DNA from: Octopus vulgaris | Taxonomy: Eukaryota | Assembly: GCA_951406725.2 (NCBI GenBank) | Contig: OX597815.1 | Location: 68,138,001 to 68,202,000, forward strand | Reading direction: 5' to 3' | DNA length: 64,000 nt | Shown here: positions 24,700-35,719 of the stretch, piece by piece | Numbering within the stretch: position 1 is the first letter of the stretch | Layout of the letters: every line of letters begins with the position of its first letter | The notes under the pieces: model-generated | The model's database searches: none | What the model saw: only the letters and a program-made list of their open reading frames with translations | Told to the model about the DNA's origin: nothing | Made by a program: the position numbers and the translations under genes

Positions 24700-26330
24700 C
24701 TTGGAGAAGCATAGGCTTTGGTATGACATGAGTCAGCTATCAAATGTTTTTCAAATCACACTCTGCCATCTTTCCTTGGATATGTGGATGAAGAAAGTGA
24801 ATTACACCCAAATCCACAGAGATGCCAAGTATTGTTAGTTTTCCCAAATCCAAAAATATTGGCACAACTGATTAGATTTATTGGGTTTGCTGCATATTAT
24901 GCTAAATGGATTTCAGAATATTTGAAACTTACTCAATGCCTTACCAAATATAGAGAATTTATTGAACAAATTGGGCATCTCTGAAATGAAGCATTATCTG
25001 CCATATCAACATTTAAAATTCAAAACTATCAAATGTGAGTCTTGCAACAACTGAGTTTGATAAACCATTAATTATCAAAATGGATGCCTCAGAATCTGCA
25101 CTTGGTGTCACTTTCAATCAGAATGGAAAACCTGTAGCATTTCTGTCTCTAGTTTTGTTGGCCTCACAAAGAAAAGAGTATATTATTGAATGAGAACGAG
25201 AGACTGAAGCCATCATGGAAGCTATTTGATGATGGAGAGTTCTGCTTAACTCAGTATTGTATTTACTGTCATTACAAACCAATGATTGGTGTCATACCTG
25301 TTCTCAACAGAGCATACATTGCAAATTAAAAGTGATAAGCTTTCTCAATGGCAACTAGAATTTTCTGAATTTAGATTTGACATAAGTTACCATCTGGACT
25401 TACAAAACAACCACTGCTGATATGCTGTCATGATGTAACACAGTAAAAGACCTGACATACCTCAGAAACTTACACAATGAACAGTGTGAATCTGCATCTA
25501 CATGGCTATACCATTATTGTTGAAGCCACAATCTCACATTCACCTTATCAGAGATCTGCTCCATAGCTGATAACTGTGCTGTTTACAAGGAAATTAAGCC
25601 TAGATTTCATAAACCACTAGAAGATCATCCTATCTATGCAACTCACCCATGGGAACATGTCTATTGATACTGTCAGGCCTTTGCCCTCAAATTTACCTAA
25701 TTGGTATTTTTTAGTCATAGTAGATGAATACACAAGGTATTCTTTTGCCTTTGCTTACAGGGATATGTCATCAGACACATTGATAAACCATCTGCTATCA
25801 CTATTTGTCATGTTCAGGTGACCTTCTTGCCTACATTCAGACCACAGGATGCAATATGAAAGTAAAAAGGTAGAAAATTTTCTGAAAAGAAATAGTATTA
25901 GTGGGACATGCACAGCACCATACTCACCCCAAAGCAATGGCCAACATGAACAAACTAATGGGACTTTGCAGCAAGCTATCAAATTAGCACTTCAAAATTT
26001 CAGTTGGGACCCAAAATATTAGAAAGATGTTTTGTGCTTTCTTCTGTTTGGATGTTTGATCTTTATGGTACAAACCAGATTCCTCATAAAAGATCACTGA
26101 GCTTTCTAAGACAATCTGTCATTGATCAAATTCTTCTGGAATTTCTGCAATGTAAGGTGAGTACTGCTCCACATCATCATCACATTCTAAGGAAAGAAGA
26201 TCGGATTGAGAAGCTAACTCTCAAGGAAACTATCTTACCTCAATTTGCTAGAGTGGAGTTCAGTGATGGCTACACAGAGACAGTCTCAACCTGGCATCTG
26301 GCACCATTGACAAGGGATCAGGATCCAGAA
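24700..26330 (+). mobile_element. Decayed Gypsy-type LTR retrotransposon pol (RT end, RNase H, integrase)
   Basis: LIRFIGFAAYYAKWI; IIKMDASESALG..FNQNGKPVAF; SIDTV.PLP..YFLVIVDEYTRY; LHSD; TAPYSPQSNGQHEQTN. RT-RH-IN order. No LTRs recognised. Confidence 0.85.
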
Positions 26331-26949
26331 CACTTAGTATCATCACCTCCCAGTCATTACTTTCTACAATCTGCTTCCAGTTATAGAAGAAATGAACTTA
26401 CTAAAAGACAGTCAATCATGCATGTCAGAGAAGCTATAAGATTATAATGGATGCAGACCATGAACTACAAGCAAAACAAAATGATTTCATTAAACTGCAG
26501 AGAAACATGTAAACCCAAATATTTATGAGATTGTTGTATGGACTAGCAGATCATTTGCTGGCAGAGAAGACTGTCATATATTTGTTCTACTGTATTCACA
26601 ATTCTTGTGAGATTCTCTTGAGAAACAATATTGTGATATTAACAGTTGAATAAAAGCTCCAATTATTGCAATCTATTGAAACATCTACAAGTTAACATAC
26701 ATGGATAGGTTCACATTAGACAATATAGTCCTTGAAAACCATGATGGTTATGGCTAGAATGCCCTTTGATCATAGGTATGATTTATCTGCAGTCAACTAA
26801 ACAGCCACCTTGCTTGAATATAAATTATGGGATCCTATCTTTCACAGAAAAGAGTCAAACTGATAAAGGTAAATTTTGACACCTGTTTGACAGACTTTCG
26901 AAATAGCTGGGACAATTTCATAGAGAAAGACAAGGCAAGGAATTGGGTG

Positions 26950-27452
26950 GTTGTTTCCTTTTGAGAAAGAATATTTTGTCCAAAAAGTTAGTTTTTTTTC
27001 ACATTTTCCGTCCCACATTAACGATTCTGTTATATCAGTAGAAAACATTTTCTCTAAAATATAACGGAAATGGGGTGGATGGGGACAAATCTAGGTTTTT
27101 TTTCTGTTCAGAATCATAACCTAGCATGCTTGTAACATTTATATAGATCCGAAGAAATTAGTTTTGGCCCCGTAGATAATTTCCGACTCTATTCTATAGG
27201 AACGCCCGTCACAAAAACCAGGAATAAAATTAAAATCGGGACGAGAGTTATATCTTAATCTTAATTTGATATTCAATCAGATTATAATCGCAAATTGACA
27301 AGTAGAAAATTATCATAAGCAATCGGTAACGAAATTAAAAAAAACAAAAAAAAAAAACACCAGAGCCGTCATCCGTTGGGGAGCTAATTCAACAAGTCCC
27401 CTCGGACATTAGTGTTAGTAAAAAAAGTTGAAAGAGTTTGAAGGAAGTAAGT
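26950..27452 (+). promoter_or_regulatory. Putative host promoter / non-coding first exon ending in a splice donor
   Basis: Abrupt rise in CpG within non-repetitive DNA; GAA|GTAAGT consensus donor at 27447; T-rich plus strand downstream. Confidence 0.4.
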
Positions 27453-28615
27453 ATATAAAGAGTTAATATTTCCACTTTCAGTATGGGATCAAAGAATGCT
27501 TGATTGTAAATAAAATTTGTTTTTATTTATTTATTCATTTATTTCTTTAATAATTATCAACGTGTACGTTTGAAAATATATTTACTTACAGAGTTATTGA
27601 CCTTCCCTATATTTGTTTTTAGTTAGTTTATACTATTTTGGTGCTAGAGGGCAGTGTAAATTATGCATTCTGTTTTCCCATTGGTCAATAATTATCACAG
27701 TCTACACTTATGTCGGCGCGGTACGTTTGAAAATGGAAACATTATTTTTACATTTTAGCATTGTTGCACAAAAACTGGATAATTTATTTGAATGAAAACC
27801 TATATACATAAATATTATTTCACCCCCATTATATAAAAGATTAGGTGAGTTACAAAATATTTGTCATTTTTACGGCAGTTTATATCTTATTTGTTATTTT
27901 TAAACGAACACTTTTGAAATATTTTATAAGTTGATATTTCCTACTCCAACTTTTCTTTTTGTTTTGTCTGTTAAAATACGAAATATTAGCAACAAAAATA
28001 CATATGCGATAAATATCTCACATTATTACAAGTAATATTTGTTTTAATTGTGTCATTAAGAATTCAGTATGATTCAATTGGCTGATAATGTTTTTGTTTT
28101 TTTTCCTCATTATTTCCAGCAAGTTGGTCATAAATAAAGCGTTACCATTATTATTAATATTTTTACAAGTAATACTGTTTATTAATATTGTTATTGCTTT
28201 TCAACATGTATAAAAGGCCTATCATTTTAAAGGGGAACGCAAAATGGGAAAAATTGATACGTTCAAGTAATCACACGACCAATGGAAACTCATTACTATT
28301 AGTTGGAAGAATCGTTAGAGTGGCGGAAAAAATGCCTTTCTTCGGATCTTTACGTTTTCAAATCCCGGAGTAGATTAAATAAGTACCAGTTGAGTACTGG
28401 AGTCGGTGGTATCATGTAACCCCTTCCCCATGTCAAAATTAGAAAAAAAATTATATATATAATCAAACATCATCGTAGTTAACAAAGAATTTTTTTTATT
28501 AAATCTTTGCCTTTTATCCTTTCGGGGTTGTATCGCTCGATGTAATTGACTAGGGCTAAATTTTCGCCTGTCAAAATTTGAAGTCTTGTGCTTGTATTAT
28601 TATTATTATTATTAT

Positions 28616-28790
28616 TAAGGCGACGAGTTGGCAGAATCGTTAGCACGCCGGGCGAAATGCTTAGCGATATTCCTGAGTTCAGATTCCGCCGAGGTCAACT
28701 TTACCTTTCATACTCCCGGAGTCGATAAAATAAAACCAGTCTAGAACCCATCCCACCCTCAAAATTTCAGGCTTTTTACCTATAAGAGAA
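28616..28790 (+). mobile_element. tRNA-derived SINE with CpGs retained
   Basis: AAGGCGACGAGTTGGCAGAATCGTTAGCACGCCGGGCGAAATGCTTAGCG; same family as 18838-19055; (ATT)n flanks. Confidence 0.75.
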
Positions 28791-30755
28791 ATTATTATTA
28801 TTATTATTTACATAACTAAATTTGTGAGAAGAGGGTTGCTATAATCGATCGTAGTGTTTGGATTTCTTTTGACTCGGAACAAGCTTAGTTTTATAGTGAG
28901 AGCGCACATAGTTGATTAAATCGACTATAATGTTATTTCGTGTTTATTTTTATGATTATGAAAGGTAAAGTTTCCCACTGGTAATATTTGAACTAGGCGC
29001 TAGTCCAGGTTTATGAGGGATATAGGGCATCTGTGATGCTCCATTGTTTCACTAGCCCTACTTTTCTAATGAGACAACATACTGATGTAATCATTTTCTT
29101 TGTAATAAAAAAAAAAAAAAATGCACCATATATAGACAATTAAATTTGTGTCAGTAGCTATAGTAGGATTTAATAATGGGAATAACTAGTTTGGTGCCTC
29201 ATCCCCACACAGTCTGGGGTTTTTTTCATATAACTTTGTTAATAATGCATATTTTTAAATGAAATTTGGCAGAGATAACGTTTTCGAAGGTTACGATTAA
29301 TGTTGTGGGTGCACATGTAGATGTAAACAGAACCCTCCCCGGAAAGATTTTTCAAAAATAGCAACTTAAAAATTTCAATCTCCTCTCCAATGCTAGAAAT
29401 AACAGCCAAATCTCACAAAACTGCGATAACTTTCTGTTTCATCAGAAGCGAAACAAATATAGAGTATTCTTTAATACATTATGACTGAAAGGTTCCTATT
29501 TTCAGTACTGAGTCACTTGTTTCTGATCATTCATTAGCTGGTAACCCGAGTCTGCTTTTCCTTTGAAACATTTGCTGTTTGAATATATTTTTGAAATATT
29601 TGAAAGCTATGAAGAAAACGCCAATCTTTATGTTCTCAATAAATAAATAAATCCTTGCGACCGACACGTGCAAAAACTTTATTTTTCTACCTGTTTTGAA
29701 GAAATTATTTTCTATTTTATTCCCAATTCTTTGTTTCATGCAATTAAATAATCTTCAATCTTATTTATTTCATGTTTGTTGTCGAGCGAAAAATCGTTAA
29801 GGATTTCGTGTTAGAAATCGGAACAAATTACGTATTCTTGGGCTCTACTTGTTTACCATTTTCACATGTTGGTTATAATTGGGAATTCCTTGGAATTTTT
29901 TTTCTTTACTTCCGCAAACCTATAGTTATCGATGTGATTTTTGTACCAATATATTAAAATTTTCGTCAATGATGTTTTTGTATTAGCGTTTCATTTCTTT
30001 AATTTCTCTCTCTGTGAAACTTTGATTATCTTTTTATCTCTGCTTTGTCATTTTGGTTCTCATTGCCATTCCTGTCTCATCAAGGAATCAGAATACCTTT
30101 CGAGGACAAATATAACTTTTATTGTAAATTTAAAAACTCATCTCTTGTAAATCTTTTGTTTTTAAGATTTCATTTGTTTCTTGCATAACCCGAGGTCAGA
30201 AAACCTATTCCTGCTATGATCCTTTCGTCTCTCCAGGCACACTTAACTTAGAAACATTAACGATACGCCCTTCTTTCTAAGTCTGTAGAATATGGGTTGA
30301 AAGACATTCGGTTCAAATAAGTTGATTTATCTCATTGGTTATGTGTATATGTTTGAGGAATGCGACAGGCCATTCTAATGCTGCAGACACGATTTGCCTG
30401 TTCTTCAAATAATTCTTTTTTTAATTTTTGATATTCTTAGATAGTTCTCAGTCTCCCTGACAACTGTGATACTTTTTTCTAAGAATGTTATTTGAGGTTT
30501 AGTTCAACAAAAGAACTTTCATGAGTCATATTACATAATTATTGTGAGCACCCATTTATCCTCATTTTAATGTCCACTGATCCATACTTGCATGGGGCAA
30601 ACGGAATTTGCGTCGTTCATTTCCAGTACTGAAAAAAAGTCTGACCATGGGGAAATATTACCTTGGAATTGGATGGGTGTTGATGACAGAAACAGCATCT
30701 ATCTATAGAATATCTGCTTCAGTAACTACATGAAAAAGTGACCATTAAAATGGTG

Positions 30756-30804
<49 letters not shown>

Positions 30805-30958
30805 TATCATCATTTAGCGTCCGTTCTCCATGCTGGCATGGGTTGGACGGTTCAACTGGGGTCTGTGAAGCTGGAAGGCTTCATCAGGCCCAGTCAGATC
30901 TGGCAGTGTTTCTACGGCTGGATGCCCTTCCTAACGCCAACCACTCCGTGAGTGTAGT

Positions 30959-31546
30959 GGGTGCTTTTTACGTGCCACCCGCACAGGTGCCAGACAGAGC
31001 TGGCAAACGGCCACGAAACGGATGGTGCTTTTACGTGTCACCTGCACGGGGGCCAGGCGAGGCTGGCAAACGGCCACGAGCGGATGGTGCTTTTACGTGT
31101 CACCGGCATGGGGGCCAGGCGAGGCTGGCAACGGACACGAACGGATGGTGGTTTTACATGTCACCGACATGGGGGCCAGACAGGGCTGGCAAACGGCCAC
31201 GAACGGATGGTGCTTTTACATGTCACCGACATGGGGGCCAGACAGGGCTGGCAAACGGCTTGAACGGATGGTGCTTTTACGTGTCACCGGCACGGGGGCC
31301 AGACAGAGCTGGCAAGCGGCCACGAACGGATGGTGCTTTTACATGTCACCGGCACGGGGGCCAGACAGAGCTGGCAAACGGCCACAAACGGATGGTGCTT
31401 TTACGTGTCACCGGCACGGGGGCCAGGCCAGGCTGGCAACGAACACAAACGGATGGTGCTTTTACGTGCCACCGACACGGGGGCCAGACAGGGCTGGCAA
31501 ACGGCTACGAACGGATGGTGCTTTTACGTGTCACCTGCACGGGGCC
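30959..31546 (-). repeat. Minisatellite of ~10 units of 61-62 bp in the RTE 3' UTR
   Basis: CGGATGGTG recurs at 31019, 31081, 31142, 31204, 31265, 31327, 31389, 31450 and 31512. Confidence 0.95.
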
Positions 31547-31595
31547 CCTGATGTTGATCGACCTCAATTTGGTTTGATTTTGATTTTGACTGTTC

Positions 31596-34364
31596 TCACT
31601 GGTCTTGCCGGGTTTTCTCACGCACAGCATACTTCCAAAGGTCTCGGTCACTGGTCATTTCCTTGGTGAGACCTAAATTTCGAAGGTCGTGCTTCACCGC
31701 CTCGACCCAGGTTTTCCTGGGTCTACCTCTTCCACAGGTCCCCTCAACTGCCAGGCTGTGGCACTTTCGCACACAACTATCTTCAGCCATTCTCATCACA
31801 TGACCATACCAGCGCATACGTCTCTCTTGCACACAACAACTGATGCTTCTTAGGTTCAACTTTTCTCTCAAGGTACTTACACTTTGTCGATTATGAACAC
31901 TGACGTTACACATCCATCGGAGCATACTAGCTTCATTTCTTGCGAGCTTACGCAAATCCTCAGCAGTCACAGCCCAAGTTTCACTACCATGTAGCATGGC
32001 TGTACGTACACATGCATCATACAGTCTGCCTTTTACTTTGAGCGAGAGGCCTTTTGTCACCAGCAGGGGTAAGAGCTCTCTAAACTTTGCCCAGGCTATT
32101 CTTACTCTAGCAGTTATACTTTCAGCGCACCCGCCCCCGCTACTGACTTGGTCACCTAGGTAACGGAAACTATCAACTACTTCTAGCTTTTCTCCCTGGA
32201 AAGTGACGGAAGTTGGTCTCAGAGCATTTTCAGTGTTAATTGTTCCTGAGCATCTGCCACATACAAAAACCATCTTCCTAGTTAGCCTTCCTTTGACATT
32301 GCTGCACCTCTTATGTGTCCATAGCTTACACTTGGTGCATCTTATAGAGTTTCTACCTACACCTTTTCTACAGATCGAGCAGGGCCATCTACCTGAAGGC
32401 GTTTGTGATTGGTCTACCTTCCTACTTATTAGGACTTTGGTTTTGGCTAGGTTGATTCTAAGGCCCTTCGATTCTAAACCTTGTTTCCATACCTGAAACT
32501 TCTCCTCTAGTTCTGATAGAGACTCAGCAATTAGAGCAAGGTCATCAGCATAGAGGAGCTCCCAGGGGCATCCTGTCTTGAATTCCTCCGTTATTGCCTG
32601 GAGGACTATGATAAATAGGAGGGGACTGAGGACTGAACCTTGGTGGACCCCAACCTCTACCCTGAATTCTTCACTGTACTCAGTGCCAACCCTCACCTTA
32701 CTAGCAGCGTCTCTGTACATGGCTTGTACAGCTTTCACTAACCATTCATCTATCCCTAGTTTCCTCATTGACCACCAGATGAGGGATCGGGGGACCCTGT
32801 CGAAGGCTTTCTCCATATCAACAAAAGCCAGGTATAGGGGCTTGTCTTTGGCTAGGTATTTCTCTTGCAGCTGTCTTACCATGAAAATAGCATCAGTAGT
32901 ACTTTTCCCTGGCATGAACCCAAACTGCATCTGATCTAGGCTAACTCTCTCTCTAATTAGTTGGGCTATAACCCTCTCCGTATCCTTCACTACCTGATCC
33001 AGCAGCTTGATACCCCTGTAGTTATTTGTATCTAGGGCGTCACCTTTACCTTTGTAGCAGCTGACTATTATGCTGCTACACCAGTCATTGGGAATGACTC
33101 CTTCGTGTATCACCTGGTTAACTATACGGGTGACTAGGCTATAGCCGACACTACCAGATATTTTGAGCATCTCTGCAGTAATTCCTGATGGGCCTGGGGC
33201 TTTCCTTGTTTTCATGCTTTTAATTGCCTTATCTACTAAGGAACTGTCAACTCGGATTGCTGGTCCCTCTGTTGGGTCAACATTCGGCAGACTCTCTTTA
33301 TCCCATTCATTTTCCTCATTCAGCAACCTTTCATAGTGGCTTCTCCAAACCTCTCTCTTTGCATCCTCATTTAGCGCAAGTGAGCCGTCATCCGTGCGAA
33401 CACATTTTTCTCCTACCACGTCACGATTCTCTCTCACACACTGTCTTGCTATACGAAATACCTCATGTCTTTCATCCTCACGGCGCAGGACATTGGCAAA
33501 TTTTTTCCTATCTGCTTCCCCTCTGGCTAAATAAACCTGCCTCCTAGCTTCCCTTCTTGCAGTCTGATACACTTCCCTGCTACCACCGTTCTTCCAGTCC
33601 TTCCAAGCCTGTTTCTTTTGTCTAATAGCCCTGTCAACAGTATTGTTCCACCACCACGTTATTTTGGGTCTTGTGGGGACTTTGCACCAGCCACAGATCT
33701 GGTCAGTGGCTTTCAGCAGGTTGTCCCTTAGAAACGCCCAGTTATCTTCTACCCCATGTGTAGCTATGCCCCCTTCTATTTCGTCGAAGGCTTCAAGTAA
33801 CATGTCTCTAAATCTCTGTCCATTAGCAGGGTCTTTAAGCTTCCAGACCCTTCTTCTCCATGTTGGTCGTCTTCTAGTCGTCCTCTTAGTCCTGATCCTA
33901 AAGTCACTGACTACCATTCTATGTTGTGGGGTACATTCTTCGCCTGGGAAGGTTTTGGCATTCATAAGCAGCCATCTTTCCCTTTTTCTGGCAAGGATGT
34001 AGTCGATTTGGCTAGTATGCTGGCCCGAACGGTAGGTGACCAAGTGGCTTGTTGGTTTCCTGAAGTTAGTGTTGCAAACCATAAGACTATTCGCATCACA
34101 GAACTCCAGCAGCCTGGTTCCCTCCTCATTGCGAGAACCATAACCATATCCTCCATGAACGCCATAGAAGCCCTCAGCATATCGTCCAACATGCCCATTG
34201 AAGTCACCAGCCACAAAGAGAAGGTCCCTGTTGTTCGTCAATGAGGTGGTCTGCAGTAGGGTGTCATAGAAACGGTCTTTCTGTCCATCGGGTAACCCTA
34301 GCTGAGGGGCATAGGCCGATATAATAGTTGCTAAACTATGATGGAGCACTAATCTAATCTTCAA
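31596..34364 (-). CDS. RTE LINE ORF: partial APE endonuclease plus reverse transcriptase with embedded PHD-type finger (N-terminally truncated)
   Basis: 922 aa open frame. APE motifs SAYAPQ, GDFNGH, SQIDYIL, PQHR. RT motifs YRGIKLL, QFGF, FVDMEKAFDRV, GVHQGSVLSPLLF, LYADDL, FRYLG. RTE C-terminus WYGHVMR..RGRPRKTW. Confidence 0.95.
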   Translation of the reverse strand: MKIRLVLHHSLATIISAYAPQLGLPDGQKDRFYDTLLQTTSLTNNRDLLFVAGDFNGHVGRYAEGFYGVHGGYGYGSRNEEGTRLLEFCDANSLMVCNTNFRKPTSHLVTYRSGQHTSQIDYILARKRERWLLMNAKTFPGEECTPQHRMVVSDFRIRTKRTTRRRPTWRRRVWKLKDPANGQRFRDMLLEAFDEIEGGIATHGVEDNWAFLRDNLLKATDQICGWCKVPTRPKITWWWNNTVDRAIRQKKQAWKDWKNGGSREVYQTARREARRQVYLARGEADRKKFANVLRREDERHEVFRIARQCVRENRDVVGEKCVRTDDGSLALNEDAKREVWRSHYERLLNEENEWDKESLPNVDPTEGPAIRVDSSLVDKAIKSMKTRKAPGPSGITAEMLKISGSVGYSLVTRIVNQVIHEGVIPNDWCSSIIVSCYKGKGDALDTNNYRGIKLLDQVVKDTERVIAQLIRERVSLDQMQFGFMPGKSTTDAIFMVRQLQEKYLAKDKPLYLAFVDMEKAFDRVPRSLIWWSMRKLGIDEWLVKAVQAMYRDAASKVRVGTEYSEEFRVEVGVHQGSVLSPLLFIIVLQAITEEFKTGCPWELLYADDLALIAESLSELEEKFQVWKQGLESKGLRINLAKTKVLISRKVDQSQTPSGRWPCSICRKGVGRNSIRCTKCKLWTHKRCSNVKGRLTRKMVFVCGRCSGTINTENALRPTSVTFQGEKLEVVDSFRYLGDQVSSGGGCAESITARVRIAWAKFRELLPLLVTKGLSLKVKGRLYDACVRTAMLHGSETWAVTAEDLRKLARNEASMLRWMCNVSVHNRQSVSTLREKLNLRSISCCVQERRMRWYGHVMRMAEDSCVRKCHSLAVEGTCGRGRPRKTWVEAVKHDLRNLGLTKEMTSDRDLWKYAVREKTRQDQ

Positions 34365-35014
34365 TATTCTGTCACATACTCTGACTACCTCGATGACCTT
34401 ATATATATATATGTGTGTGTGTGTGTGTATGTTACTTGTGCTTATACACCAACGTGCGTTCCATTTAATTACTTCTTCATCGTTTTAGATTTTTGGAAAT
34501 TTGTCATTAAATCTCAAGGCATTAATTTAATATTATTTTATTTTATTATTTGGCTATTGACTGTGGTTTATATGAAAAGCCAAAATCACATGAGATACAA
34601 AATCTAATATAAACACTGTCACATATATTGGCTAGATATTGCTGGCTATAATTGTTGTACAAAATATATTCAAAAACTAAATATTGAGAATTAAATTATT
34701 TTATATATTTTTTAAATTCATTTATTCCAATTGTACTATGTTTGTATTGAAGTTTGGTTGAAAATCAGCGCAATTATATGTCAGTTTTGGAGGAAATTTT
34801 ATCACATTTCATTGGATGAAATTGTAATTAGTAACATCATCAGGTTTCTTTCCTTTCCTATTTTTTTTTCATACTGGCATGGTTGGGACAGATTTGTAAA
34901 TCAACAACTTTGTATGTACTGTAGTAGCCCCTCTACTCACAAGTTTTGGATTTTTATAATATTCTTCCTATTGTCAACTGCAACACCAGAATAAATCTGG
35001 TATGTTTAAAATGA

Positions 35015-35405
35015 AGCAAAGTTTGCTTCTCAGTCACATGGTTTCATGTCCAGTCCCACTGTGTCGCACTTTGGGCAAATGTCTTCTATTTTCTGGGCCA
35101 ACCAAAGCCTTGTGTGTGAATTTAGTAGACAGAAATTGAAGGAAGGCTGTTGGGGATACACACACACATAATGTGTCTGTAGATTTGTCTCCTTGTCTCA
35201 ACATGCTATGATAGTTGTTTGTGTTGCTGTCATACAAGTAGTGTTATTCATTTCCATTATTTTGAGAAAACATGCCTGGCCATGGTGGAAATATTACCCT
35301 GTTTGGAAACGGGTGAGGGTTGGTGACAGGAAGGGCTTCCAGCCATAGAAAATCTGCTTCAATAAACTCCATGCAAGCATGTTAAAATCAAAATTGACAT
35401 TAAAT
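35015..35405 (+). mobile_element. Near-complete SINE (tRNA head, internal microsatellite, RTE-type tail)
   Basis: Head as at 14598 and 19278, body as at 2004-2250, tail AGGAAGGGCTTCCAGCCATAGAAAA..CATGCAAGCATG. Confidence 0.75.
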
Positions 35406-35719
35406 CTGATCTGGAGTGAAAAGTTCTGTGTTGCTTCAACTCGTATATTGAGCCTTTGTGAGTGAGACTATTTTATATAATATTAGGTTGTTTCACATGA
35501 AATGTCACATTTTTAATTGTTATTTCAGTCATTTAAAAACTCAATTATGTATACCTTGCATTTAATCTTGACTCTTTTTCTTTTCCAACTGTATTGGTAT
35601 ACAAAATTCATACCCACAGACCTCATGAAAATGATAACAACCAAACTATGTTGAGTGATTTTCTCATAAAGTAACAGCCAGTTACAATTTTTTCATATAA
35701 AGTAACAGTTGGTTACAAT

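Larger units (their letters stand above)
30801..34400 (-). mobile_element. Young 5'-truncated RTE-clade LINE inserted in (TA)n
   Basis: Uninterrupted ORF, ~800 bp 3' UTR, (GAT)n tail, (TA)n on both flanks; reading frame stays open up to the 34400 junction (KVIEVVRVCDRILKIRL). Confidence 0.95.

Noticed and set aside
30959-31546. CRISPR-like appearance of the array
   Set aside because: No unique spacers, no cas genes, eukaryotic LINE context.
30738-31669. Three overlapping plus-strand ORFs up to 279 aa
   Set aside because: Antisense read-through of the 61-62 bp array; the same peptides cycle through all frames.
32203-34244. Plus-strand ORFs overlapping the RTE ORF
   Set aside because: Antisense shadows with no recognisable motifs.
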